From: a virus | Taxonomy: Duplodnaviria > Caudoviricetes | Strand: one strand, 5' to 3' | Length of the DNA stretch: 46,543 nt | Virus record (IMG/VR): IMGVR_UViG_3300003860_000009 | Span: 1 to 46,543 of that record | Part shown: piece by piece, positions 10,115 through 18,467 of the stretch | How the letters are laid out: every line of letters starts with the position of its first letter | Numbering within the stretch: the stretch's first letter is position 1 | The notes under the pieces: model-generated | Told to the model about the DNA's origin: nothing | The model's input: only the letters and a program-made list of their open reading frames with translations | Databases searched by the model: none | Program-made: the position numbers and the translations under genes

Positions 10115-11131
10115 ATGTTTATACCTAAGAAAAGTAGAAAGGATGTTGCAAAAGAAGATTCGTTTTCTGTTGAAGTATTCAAAAGTAAAGAAGATAATAA
10201 CATTTATTATAAGAGTAGTGTAGGCGAACTTATTAAATTAAACAATGCTGAGTTTGATGATTTAAGACCAGTTTTTAACGATTTATCTACCAATTCTACA
10301 TCTTCTGCAACAACAACAATATTAGAATATGGTATAAATGTTATTACTACTTCATCAACAACTAATTATGCATGTAAGTTACCACAACCTAAAACTGGTA
10401 GAAGTTTAGTTGTTGTGAATAATAGTTTATTACCTATTTATTTATATCCATCTAATGTAGGTGGTCAAATAAATAATTATGCAATTGATGTTCCTGCTGT
10501 AATTCCTCCTGATGGAAAATCATATACATTCACATGTACAGAAAATCCATTACCTGGAGAATGGACATGGTTACCACCAGCAATAAATCAAATTGTATTA
10601 GGTGACTTTTCTATAGCTCATACTAACGGAGTTGCTACAAATAGATATGGTGTAACACAAACTGGATTAGGAGCTAGTTCTGGATCTGCTGTTGTTGGAG
10701 GAAACGTATCTTTAACAGGAGAATGGGGAAGTGAAAATGCTCTAACTACTGTATCAAGAATTAAAACTTACACAAATATAGTAGCTGCTGACCTACCAAG
10801 TGTTACAAATCTACAAGTAACTTTGATAACAACTTACAAAACAGGTGCTTCAACAATAACATCTGGTCAAAGAGATACACTTCAATTTAGAGGAGATGGT
10901 TTCTATGAAGAATTGACAAATGGAGTTGGTACATTAACAGCAAATCCAAATGAAGCTATTGGAGATACAGCTACTTTATATGGTATTCATGTAACACCAG
11001 TTAGTATTTTAAATAATCAAATAGGAATAGGCGGTGCCTTTTCAAATTATTATTATACAATTGGATTTTTTATTCCGTCAACTGCTGCTACTAAAACTTA
11101 TAAATTTAGAGTGATATTAGAATATTTTTAA
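10115..11131 (+). CDS. Virion fibre/spike-like structural protein
   Basis: Start moved to ATG 10115 (MFIPKKSR) because TTG 10085 lies inside the terminator. T/S/G-rich beta-structure; LPQPKTGRSLVVVNNS..IYLYP resembles fibre domains. N-terminus is similar to that of 12890..14806. Confidence 0.55.
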   Translation: MFIPKKSRKDVAKEDSFSVEVFKSKEDNNIYYKSSVGELIKLNNAEFDDLRPVFNDLSTNSTSSATTTILEYGINVITTSSTTNYACKLPQPKTGRSLVVVNNSLLPIYLYPSNVGGQINNYAIDVPAVIPPDGKSYTFTCTENPLPGEWTWLPPAINQIVLGDFSIAHTNGVATNRYGVTQTGLGASSGSAVVGGNVSLTGEWGSENALTTVSRIKTYTNIVAADLPSVTNLQVTLITTYKTGASTITSGQRDTLQFRGDGFYEELTNGVGTLTANPNEAIGDTATLYGIHVTPVSILNNQIGIGGAFSNYYYTIGFFIPSTAATKTYKFRVILEYF

Positions 11132-11140
11132 TTTATTACT

Positions 11141-11148
11141 TATATTTG
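11141..11148 (+). promoter_or_regulatory. Bacteroidota -7 promoter element
   Basis: TATATTTG in the intergenic gap, 29 nt before ATG 11170. Confidence 0.65.
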
Positions 11149-11169
11149 TAAAACAATAGAAAATATATT

Positions 11170-11772
11170 ATGGCACTTATTCCAAAAATATCATTAAACA
11201 TATCCAATACATGTAATAAAATAGATGTATGGGAAAAAACAAATCCTTATAATGCATCTACTAATGTTGGTGGTTGGGGTACTCCTAATATTAACACTGG
11301 TGATATTAGTTATGCTGATATTAAGATATATGATTTATCGAACAATTTAGTTCAAACAATCGTGATGTTTGATGGGTTAGGAATTAATATATACCCTGCT
11401 GTTGGTCCTTACACCCCATCTACTTTTCAAGCATATTCTCAGATTAATTGGTCGCAATTAGACGGTGTTTATAAAGTTGTATATACAGTTAGTAAAGCAT
11501 TAGTTAATTATGTTAATGAATGTCAATATGAACTCTTTACATGTAATCTTTGTAATTGCATGGGAGGATTAGTAATAAAAATGTCAAATCTTTGTTCTGG
11601 TAAAAAACTTACTAAATATAAAGAAGTATTTGATCAATTAGAAATATTCAAATATGGAATTATGACTGCATTTTCTAATGCTGATTTCACATCTGTGAAT
11701 ATTCTATTGGCTGAAGCTTCTAAATTATGTACAACTTTTTCTGATTGTGGTTGCGGTTGTTCGGACTGCTAA
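11170..11772 (+). CDS. Putative tail hub / fibre-attachment protein, Cys-rich
   Basis: 200 aa, beta-sandwich then helical part, ending CGCGCSDC. Size, C-terminal CGC motif and position resemble crAss-like tail hub protein A (inference from synteny). Confidence 0.5.
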   Translation: MALIPKISLNISNTCNKIDVWEKTNPYNASTNVGGWGTPNINTGDISYADIKIYDLSNNLVQTIVMFDGLGINIYPAVGPYTPSTFQAYSQINWSQLDGVYKVVYTVSKALVNYVNECQYELFTCNLCNCMGGLVIKMSNLCSGKKLTKYKEVFDQLEIFKYGIMTAFSNADFTSVNILLAEASKLCTTFSDCGCGCSDC

Positions 11773-11797
11773 TTGTTAAATTTTAAATTATTATATT

Positions 11798-12592
11798 ATG
11801 AGTGGATGTGGTTGTGAAGAATGTGGTGGAATAACATTATTTAAAGGTGACACTGGAGCTACAGGAGCAACTGGAGCAACTGGTACTACGGGAGCAAATG
11901 GTGCTCTTGGAGAACCTGGAGGTTTTTCATCTACTTGGATTTTTGATGCAGGTACTTCAGCAAATCCTATTGCTACAGAAATGCGATTCAATAGTGCTAC
12001 TTTATCAAGTGTTACTGAAATATACATTAATGATACAAACTCAGCATCTCTTGATTTAGATGCTTTTTTAGATTCTTTTAAAAATACAATAAGTACTGTT
12101 GATTATTTCGGATTAGTAAAAGTTTATAAGAAAACAAATAGTAATATTTTCTGGTACGGAAAGATTACAGCAGCAGTTGATAATGGTGCTGATCATACTT
12201 TTACAGTAACTCATATTCAATCAAATGGTACTTTTGTAGCAGATGATATAATAGTGGTTGATTTTACACCTCGTGGTGAAGCATCTATAAATACTAAAAT
12301 AGTTGAAATAGGTAATTGGGATATGGACACTGATGCTACTGTATCTGTAGCACATGGATTAACTGATATTTCTAAAATTAGATCGGTATCTGTTATTATA
12401 CGTGATGATGATAGTACTGTATCTATACCATTAGATGCTTATGCTTCTGATGGTTCTCAAGGAGGGGTTAATTCTGTAGATGTGACAAATGTAGTATTAC
12501 GTAGAAAAACTGGTGGAATGTTTGACAATACTTTTTATAATAATATTGTTATTCGAACTAGAGGATATATAACAATTGGATATATTGATTAA
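11798..12592 (+). CDS. Collagen-repeat fibre protein
   Basis: N-terminal CGCEEC, 8 consecutive Gly-X-Y triplets, then beta-rich domains ending in VSVAHGL...RGYITIGY. Confidence 0.7.
   Translation: MSGCGCEECGGITLFKGDTGATGATGATGTTGANGALGEPGGFSSTWIFDAGTSANPIATEMRFNSATLSSVTEIYINDTNSASLDLDAFLDSFKNTISTVDYFGLVKVYKKTNSNIFWYGKITAAVDNGADHTFTVTHIQSNGTFVADDIIVVDFTPRGEASINTKIVEIGNWDMDTDATVSVAHGLTDISKIRSVSVIIRDDDSTVSIPLDAYASDGSQGGVNSVDVTNVVLRRKTGGMFDNTFYNNIVIRTRGYITIGYID
11846..11920 (+). repeat. Collagen-like Gly-X-Y coding repeat
   Basis: GDT GAT GAT GAT GTT GAN GAL GEP G; imperfect 9-nt repeat (ggagcwacw). Confidence 0.85.
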
Positions 12593-12594
12593 TT

Positions 12595-12888
12595 ATGTGT
12601 GATTCTTTAATTATAACTGACTATAATAACATTTCCCCAGAGTTATGTTTTAAATTAAAAGTTTGGAATCTTCAAAAGAAATTCTACACTTTCACAATTA
12701 AATATGTACAAAGTATTCAATATGGGGAACTATGTAATAATAAATTAGAAAAATTAACAATGTTTCGTAGAACACTAATGCTATTAAATAAGTACGATAC
12801 CAGAGATATTTCTAATGACACAATTAATTATAATGTATTCACATACACTCAAATGAAAAAACTAATAGATAATTTATCAAATTTATAA
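12595..12888 (+). CDS. Small helical protein, possible tail hub partner
   Basis: 97 aa, tightly packed between neighbours. The '..IQYG..C' pattern and size resemble the small crAss-like hub protein (synteny inference). Confidence 0.45.
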   Translation: MCDSLIITDYNNISPELCFKLKVWNLQKKFYTFTIKYVQSIQYGELCNNKLEKLTMFRRTLMLLNKYDTRDISNDTINYNVFTYTQMKKLIDNLSNL

Positions 12889-12889
12889 T

Positions 12890-14806
12890 ATGAGAGTTCC
12901 TAAAAAATTAAATAGAGAAGGAGGAGGTGAAAACGGTTCATCAATAGAAATATTTAAAAGTAAAGAATCTAAGTTTTTATATTATAAAAACTTACAAAAC
13001 GAATTAATTAAGATAGAACAAGATATTATATTTTCAACATTACCAGTAATAGGTGAGACTGATAAGTTTTATTTTAGTAATAATAATTTATACTATTGGA
13101 ATAATACTGAATATATTCAATTAAATGTTGAATCTACTCCTTCTACTATAGTGTATTTTGACAAAGCTACTCCAACAACAGTCGGTGTAGCATTTACTCC
13201 AGACAGTCCAGCAACAACTGACAGACTATATATCTCATCTATAAATTTTAATCAATACACTTATTACGGATCTGCATATCACACGTACGAAGCACCTATA
13301 ACCAATAATACTGAATTTGTAATCAGAAATACAAATATAGATGCAGGAAGTAATAAAACAATTGCAATTGAACGGTCAGGTTCAGTAAAGATTCAAGGAG
13401 ATAATCCATCTTCATGGGCGTTAACTGCTATCAATGACGGTGTTGTTAGTGCTCACGGATTACTAGGGGGTATTAGTGCAACATCTACAGGTGCTCCGTT
13501 TCAGATATGGAAAGGGTTCGATGTATTATTAGGTGTGACTAATACTGGACAAACCTATACTAAAAACTATACGCTACCACTAGCTTCACCTACATCTGGT
13601 AAAGTTTTAGGGTATTTAGCGAGTGGAGTTGCTGATTGGGTAGATGGTTCATTAAGTGGTATTTGGGGTATAGCTAACACATCAGGTGTCTATACTTATT
13701 ACGCAACCATTACACTAGCAATGGCAGGAGCAACCGCAGGTCAATGTATTGATCAATTTGGTGACGTAACAGAAACAGGGAACGTATCTGTAACTTGCAA
13801 AACTGGAGTAACAATTAATGGTAATGGTCACTTATATAATTACACAAACGTAGCAGGTGATTGCTTCATAGATAACGGTGGTAATGTTGATATTACCGTA
13901 ATTAACTTCTTCCCAGTTAGAACTTCTGCAACAGCAACAGGTAAGATATGGCATTTCTTAGGCGGTGGTTCTTATGTAACCTTCATTGGTGGTAAATCTG
14001 TTATGACTGTAGCCAGTGGTGCATTCATAGTCGCTACATTTAATATTAGAAGATTAGAGGGGTACAGAGGTTTTGCTATCGGAGATGGAAAATCATTGTA
14101 TTGCTTTTATAGCATTATGCAAGTTTACAACTGTTACGGTGAAAGTTCAGGAAGTACTGGTTATAATGTTTTAATGTATGTTTCTTATGCTGAAAACGTA
14201 ACTGGTAAATGTTTAAGTTCTGGTCCAGGTATCTTAACTACTGGAGGTGTTTATGTTAATTTAAATGGTTATTCGAGTTCTGGAGATGGAATACAAACAG
14301 CCTCATCTGCTCAACTATACAGAAGTTATGGACAATCTTCATCTGGCAACGGAATAGCTAACTATGGCACTGCTCATGCGTGCGAAGGTGTGTCAGGAAG
14401 TGGTCACGGAATAGCACAAGGCGAAATAGTAAATTGCATTGGAACATCAAGTACTGGTTATGGAATATTTGGAACAGTTACTGTTTCAGGTAGTAAGTCA
14501 AAATCTACAGGTAATTTATCAACACTCCTTTACGGCGGTTCAAAAGTAACACATTCAGAAATAATATCAGAATGGAATAACGCAGGAGGACATGGAGTAA
14601 ACTTCAATGGAACACCATCAGGAATTAAATTATTACACAATGATATAATTGTGACTAATACTTCAGCAAATTGTATTTATTCAGCAGCAGCTATATCAGT
14701 CAAAATGGTTTTAAATAGTTATGATGGAGCAACAACAGCTTTAAATGCAAATGTAACAAATGGAATAAGTAATACAGCAGACGCACAAGGAAATATTTTA
14801 ATTTAA
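12890..14806 (+). CDS. Tail fibre / tailspike with C-terminal parallel beta-helix-like repeats
   Basis: 638 aa, G/S/T-rich. Repeating G.S.SG.GI units (GYSSSGDGI, GQSSSGNGI, GVSGSGHGI, GTSSTGYGI) suggest a beta-solenoid. Confidence 0.7.
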   Translation: MRVPKKLNREGGGENGSSIEIFKSKESKFLYYKNLQNELIKIEQDIIFSTLPVIGETDKFYFSNNNLYYWNNTEYIQLNVESTPSTIVYFDKATPTTVGVAFTPDSPATTDRLYISSINFNQYTYYGSAYHTYEAPITNNTEFVIRNTNIDAGSNKTIAIERSGSVKIQGDNPSSWALTAINDGVVSAHGLLGGISATSTGAPFQIWKGFDVLLGVTNTGQTYTKNYTLPLASPTSGKVLGYLASGVADWVDGSLSGIWGIANTSGVYTYYATITLAMAGATAGQCIDQFGDVTETGNVSVTCKTGVTINGNGHLYNYTNVAGDCFIDNGGNVDITVINFFPVRTSATATGKIWHFLGGGSYVTFIGGKSVMTVASGAFIVATFNIRRLEGYRGFAIGDGKSLYCFYSIMQVYNCYGESSGSTGYNVLMYVSYAENVTGKCLSSGPGILTTGGVYVNLNGYSSSGDGIQTASSAQLYRSYGQSSSGNGIANYGTAHACEGVSGSGHGIAQGEIVNCIGTSSTGYGIFGTVTVSGSKSKSTGNLSTLLYGGSKVTHSEIISEWNNAGGHGVNFNGTPSGIKLLHNDIIVTNTSANCIYSAAAISVKMVLNSYDGATTALNANVTNGISNTADAQGNILI

Positions 14807-14811
14807 AAATT

Positions 14812-15105
14812 ATGAAATTAATAAAAATAGATATTATAGATAAACAAATTGTGAAAACATTTGATGATCAAACAGTTGAAAGATTAAAAATTATTGATTT
14901 ATCTCCTGCTGATTCAATAAAATTTGCAGAATGTGTTGCAATGGCTCACGTTTTAGAAAATGAATTTTTATTTGTGTCAATTAATATTATTGACCCTACT
15001 ACACGAGTTGTCTTTTTCTTTAAAGAGTTAAACTTTAAAGAATATTTTTTTGATGATTTATCACAAATTCAAAAAGATTTATTTACTTGGCTTATAAATC
15101 TATAA
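14812..15105 (+). CDS. Hypothetical protein, possible fibre assembly chaperone
   Basis: 97 aa directly after the fibre gene; function inferred from position only. Confidence 0.45.
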   Translation: MKLIKIDIIDKQIVKTFDDQTVERLKIIDLSPADSIKFAECVAMAHVLENEFLFVSINIIDPTTRVVFFFKELNFKEYFFDDLSQIQKDLFTWLINL

Positions 15106-15120
15106 AACAAAAAATTAGTT

Positions 15121-15531
15121 ATGGCAGTAATAGCAGTAAGTGGTCATCCAGTAGTAGGAATTAAATACACTCATACAACAGCATCAAGTGCTGATTGGTC
15201 AAGTGTAAGTAATTCTACTTACTTCTATGATCTTACCGATAAGTTAGTTCATTTTAAGGATGCTTCTGGTATTATTCAAGATGTATTTCCGAATGTTACA
15301 CAATACACATTAACAGATACCACACCTATAACTATTCCAACTGCTGTTGGAGTTGTTGGCGTAATAGTAAGAATCACATACAGAAATTTTAGTGGTGGCA
15401 ATGTTTTATTTACTTCTACAAGTTCACAAGAAATTGGTAATCTAATAACAGGAAATCCAACAACATTTACATTATATGATGGTGAGATTCTATGTTTAGA
15501 AAGTAATAACACTAAATGGTTAATTGTATAA
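15121..15531 (+). CDS. Small fibre-associated structural protein
   Basis: 136 aa, beta-rich; the C-terminal TITIPTA.G...L.LESNNTKWLIV pattern is common in phage fibre domains. Confidence 0.5.
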   Translation: MAVIAVSGHPVVGIKYTHTTASSADWSSVSNSTYFYDLTDKLVHFKDASGIIQDVFPNVTQYTLTDTTPITIPTAVGVVGVIVRITYRNFSGGNVLFTSTSSQEIGNLITGNPTTFTLYDGEILCLESNNTKWLIV

Positions 15532-15534
15532 TAT

Positions 15535-16710
15535 ATGAATGGTACATTATTAAGAAGAGCTGATATAGGTGGAGATTTCGCTTACAGAATAGATGGAGTT
15601 ATTAGAGGTGCATCAAAGGGTTTAGGTACTTACAATTTTGCTAACGGAATACTTTTAAATCTATTCAATTTTACTGGAACAGGAACAGTTACAGCTGTTA
15701 ATAGTGCTGCTCAATTTGTGGTTACTGCTGGTCAATTTCATGTAGGTCAATCAAGAATATTCCATCAGTACATTCCAGCTAATCCTACATTGATAGAAAT
15801 TACTGGAGATAATCTTCATCCTATTTCTGGAACAAGCGTTGAAGTTGGTTATGGTTCTGATTCAATTGTTTCACCATTTTCTGGTTCTTATGATGGTTTT
15901 CGTTATAGAACTGATGATACAACATCATATTTTGAAGTGATGAAAGGTGGTGTTGTTAAATTATCTATAGCAAGAGCAAGCTGGGATAATCCATTGGTTG
16001 GTTACGATTTCCAAAACTTCACAGTAATGGCAATTGACTATTTATATTTAGGTGGTGCTGGTGCAAGATTCTTTGTTAAGATGGGAAAAGAATTTGTTTT
16101 AGCACATACTTTCAATTACGCTGGAACATCTCAAGGAACTTTTATAAATAACCCTTCTCTACCTGTAAGAATAGCTGTTAGAAGTACTACAGGAACAAGA
16201 ACGACTAATATATTTTGTGCTAGAGTTGTTACAGAGGGTGATATTAATGAATCAATTGTGATCAATAAAACATTCTATAACTTAGATGCTGGAGTTGTTT
16301 CAACTGTGGTGGGAACTAGATATGCACTTTTAGGGATTAAGTTAAAGTCAGCAAGTAGAAATGATATTATTAAGATAATTGATGGAACATTATTAGTTCA
16401 ATCAACTAATGACCACCTTAGATATGCTTGGGTTCTTAACCCAACAGTTGCAAATACTTTTACTTATGCTGATGTTACAGGTTCACCAGTTCAAACAGCT
16501 ATTGGAGTTGCAAATAATACAGTCACAGGAGGTTTAGAATTACCATCAAACTTTGGAAATACTGGTATTGATTCTAAACTTAATGTTAATAATATTTTAA
16601 ATCAATTAGGCTCAACAATTGATGGTGTAATGGATAGTTTAGTTTTAGTTGCTACTCCATTAACATCAAATATTACAATAAATGCAATAGGAAATTACGC
16701 TAGATATTAA
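15535..16710 (+). CDS. Beta-rich structural protein, possibly a lectin-like receptor-binding protein
   Basis: 391 aa, beta-strand-rich (YQYIP-like, IDYLYLGGAGARF, NPSLPVR), within the fibre cluster. Confidence 0.5.
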   Translation: MNGTLLRRADIGGDFAYRIDGVIRGASKGLGTYNFANGILLNLFNFTGTGTVTAVNSAAQFVVTAGQFHVGQSRIFHQYIPANPTLIEITGDNLHPISGTSVEVGYGSDSIVSPFSGSYDGFRYRTDDTTSYFEVMKGGVVKLSIARASWDNPLVGYDFQNFTVMAIDYLYLGGAGARFFVKMGKEFVLAHTFNYAGTSQGTFINNPSLPVRIAVRSTTGTRTTNIFCARVVTEGDINESIVINKTFYNLDAGVVSTVVGTRYALLGIKLKSASRNDIIKIIDGTLLVQSTNDHLRYAWVLNPTVANTFTYADVTGSPVQTAIGVANNTVTGGLELPSNFGNTGIDSKLNVNNILNQLGSTIDGVMDSLVLVATPLTSNITINAIGNYARY

Positions 16711-16714
16711 AAAT

Positions 16715-17212
16715 ATGGAAAATTCAAATGTAACAGTATTGATATGTAAAGGAAAATCCTTAACATCAAAAGCAATATCATTATTCACAGGATCGTCTGT
16801 TACACATACTGCTTTTAAAATTGTAATTAATGATAATATATTTATAGCTGAATCTCAGAAAAATGGTTTTGAATTAAAAACTATTAAAACCTGGGAAGAA
16901 CAATTCAAATATGATTATTATGAATTTCAAATTCCTATTATTTATGACTGTGATAAAATAGAAGCTAAAATATTCGATAAACTTTCTAATGTGCCTTATG
17001 ATTTTAGATTATTCATTCTTCGTTATCCTAAACATATTCTATCAAAGATATTTGGTAATAGAAAAAGAATACAAAGTGTTAGAAATGAAGATAGAAGAGA
17101 GATTTGTTCTGAATCTGTTTCTAATTGTTTAGGATGGAAGTTTCCAGAAAACTATTTACCAATAGATGTTTACAATAAAATAATGATAGAAGGTTGGTTA
17201 AAAATAAAATAA
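16715..17212 (+). CDS. Permuted papain-like NlpC/P60 (YiiX/YebB-type) enzyme
   Basis: His motif near the N-terminus (S.AI..FTGS.VTHTA), PYDF, Cys motif near the C-terminus (EICSESV), then YLP.D; this is the circularly permuted His...Cys order. Confidence 0.75.
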   Translation: MENSNVTVLICKGKSLTSKAISLFTGSSVTHTAFKIVINDNIFIAESQKNGFELKTIKTWEEQFKYDYYEFQIPIIYDCDKIEAKIFDKLSNVPYDFRLFILRYPKHILSKIFGNRKRIQSVRNEDRREICSESVSNCLGWKFPENYLPIDVYNKIMIEGWLKIK

Positions 17213-17272
17213 AAACTTATTTCTAATAACTTTTCTGTATATTTACAAAAAATATAAAATGACTGAACATTT

Positions 17273-17569
17273 ATGAATAATTACACAATTATATTGATAT
17301 TAATTGGTGTTGTAGGTTACTTTCTCCGTGACTTACATACCCGACTTAAGCAAACAGAAAAAGATGTATCAACGGGGCATGATAAGATTGTCGAATATAA
17401 ATCAAAATTTGAACAAATAGAAAATTCTCAAAAATCTGGATTCGTACATCTAGAGAAACTATTTGAAGAAAAATTTAAATCTATTGATAAAACATTAGAA
17501 CACATGAACGCAAATCTTAAGACTTCACAAGAATTATTCACTATTTTAATAAATGACAAAAACAAATGA
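17273..17569 (+). CDS. Putative holin-like/lysis membrane protein (N-terminal TM plus coiled coil)
   Basis: Hydrophobic IILILIGVVGYFL followed by a coiled coil; first gene of a coupled cassette ending in the endolysin. Confidence 0.55.
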   Translation: MNNYTIILILIGVVGYFLRDLHTRLKQTEKDVSTGHDKIVEYKSKFEQIENSQKSGFVHLEKLFEEKFKSIDKTLEHMNANLKTSQELFTILINDKNK

Positions 17570-17766
17570 AATTAATTGATAAAATTATAAAAGAAACACC
17601 GTTAAAAGATAAAATTGACGGCATATTTTGCACTAAAATAGGAATCATTTGTGCAACTGTTTTAGCTACTGGATTAGTTGTTAATCCAATTGGTATAATT
17701 GCACTGTCGATTGGTGCGGTTGTATTCGGTGGCAAAGCAGTTTACCACGCAAAAAAGACGGTATGA
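17566..17766 (+). CDS. Putative holin (two TM segments)
   Basis: 66 aa, two hydrophobic stretches, basic C-terminus (HAKKTV); overlaps the upstream gene by 4 nt. Confidence 0.6.
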   Translation: MKLIDKIIKETPLKDKIDGIFCTKIGIICATVLATGLVVNPIGIIALSIGAVVFGGKAVYHAKKTV

Positions 17767-17867
17767 GTTCGTTATTTGCCTTGTTTAGTATTGTAATCGT
17801 GGGGTTAATAGTATTGATACTAAAAAAGATAGATGAGGATTTAAACAATAGACAAAACTTCAGATAA
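17763..17867 (+). CDS. Unlisted 34-aa single-TM peptide in the lysis cassette
   Basis: MSSLFALFSIVIVGLIVLILKKIDEDLNNRQNFR*; ATGA overlap with the upstream stop and TAATG overlap with the endolysin start. Confidence 0.7.
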   Translation: MSSLFALFSIVIVGLIVLILKKIDEDLNNRQNFR

Positions 17868-18355
17868 TGGATAAAATAACTTTAGACAGAATTAAAACTA
17901 TTCACCCAATATTAAGGGATGATTTGGAAAAAGATTATATTGAATGTAACAATTTACTAGGTCCGAATATAAGACTTCGATTTGCTTATGTTTATAGATC
18001 AATAGCAGAACAAAACGTGTTGTTTAATCAACGTCCAAAAGTTACAAATGCTAGAGGAGGTCAATCTATTCACAACTACGGACTCGCTTTTGATATTGTT
18101 TTACTTTATGATAAGGATGGAAACGGAACATTTGAAACGGCTTCATGGGACATGGTTAAAGATTTAGACAAAGACGGAATAGCAGATTGGATGGAAGTAG
18201 TTAAATTCTTTAAGTCCAAAGGTTGGGTTTGGGGTGGAGATTGGAAGTCTTTTAAAGATGGTCCTCATTTCGAAAAAACATTTGGTCATACATGGAAAAC
18301 TTTACAAACAAAGAGTAGTTTTATGGATAATGGATTGAAATATCCAATTTTATAA
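17867..18355 (+). CDS. Endolysin, peptidase M15 family (L-Ala-D-Glu peptidase-like)
   Basis: YRS.AEQ, VTNARGGQSIHNYGLAFD (H-x6-D zinc ligands), WGGDWKSFKDGPHFE. Confidence 0.92.
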   Translation: MDKITLDRIKTIHPILRDDLEKDYIECNNLLGPNIRLRFAYVYRSIAEQNVLFNQRPKVTNARGGQSIHNYGLAFDIVLLYDKDGNGTFETASWDMVKDLDKDGIADWMEVVKFFKSKGWVWGGDWKSFKDGPHFEKTFGHTWKTLQTKSSFMDNGLKYPIL

Positions 18356-18392
18356 TACATTGAAAATTACATAATATATTTTCTATTAGCTC

Positions 18393-18421
18393 AAGTCCAT
18401 TTAATTTTAAATGGACTTTTG
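18393..18421 (+). terminator. Intrinsic terminator after the endolysin
   Basis: Inverted repeat AAGTCCATTTAA / TTAAATGGACTT followed by a T-rich tail. Confidence 0.7.
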
Positions 18422-18450
18422 TATTTATTGATACAATTTTCTTATATTTG
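18418..18450 (+). promoter_or_regulatory. Complete Bacteroidota-type promoter (-33 TTTG, -7 TATATTTG)
   Basis: TTTG at 18418-18421, 21-nt spacer, TATATTTG at 18443-18450, ATG at 18468. Confidence 0.7.
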
Positions 18451-18467
18451 TTAAATACTTTTAAAAT

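Noticed and set aside
10115-16710. Diversity-generating retroelement acting on fibre genes
   Set aside because: No reverse transcriptase gene and no template/variable repeat pair seen in this window
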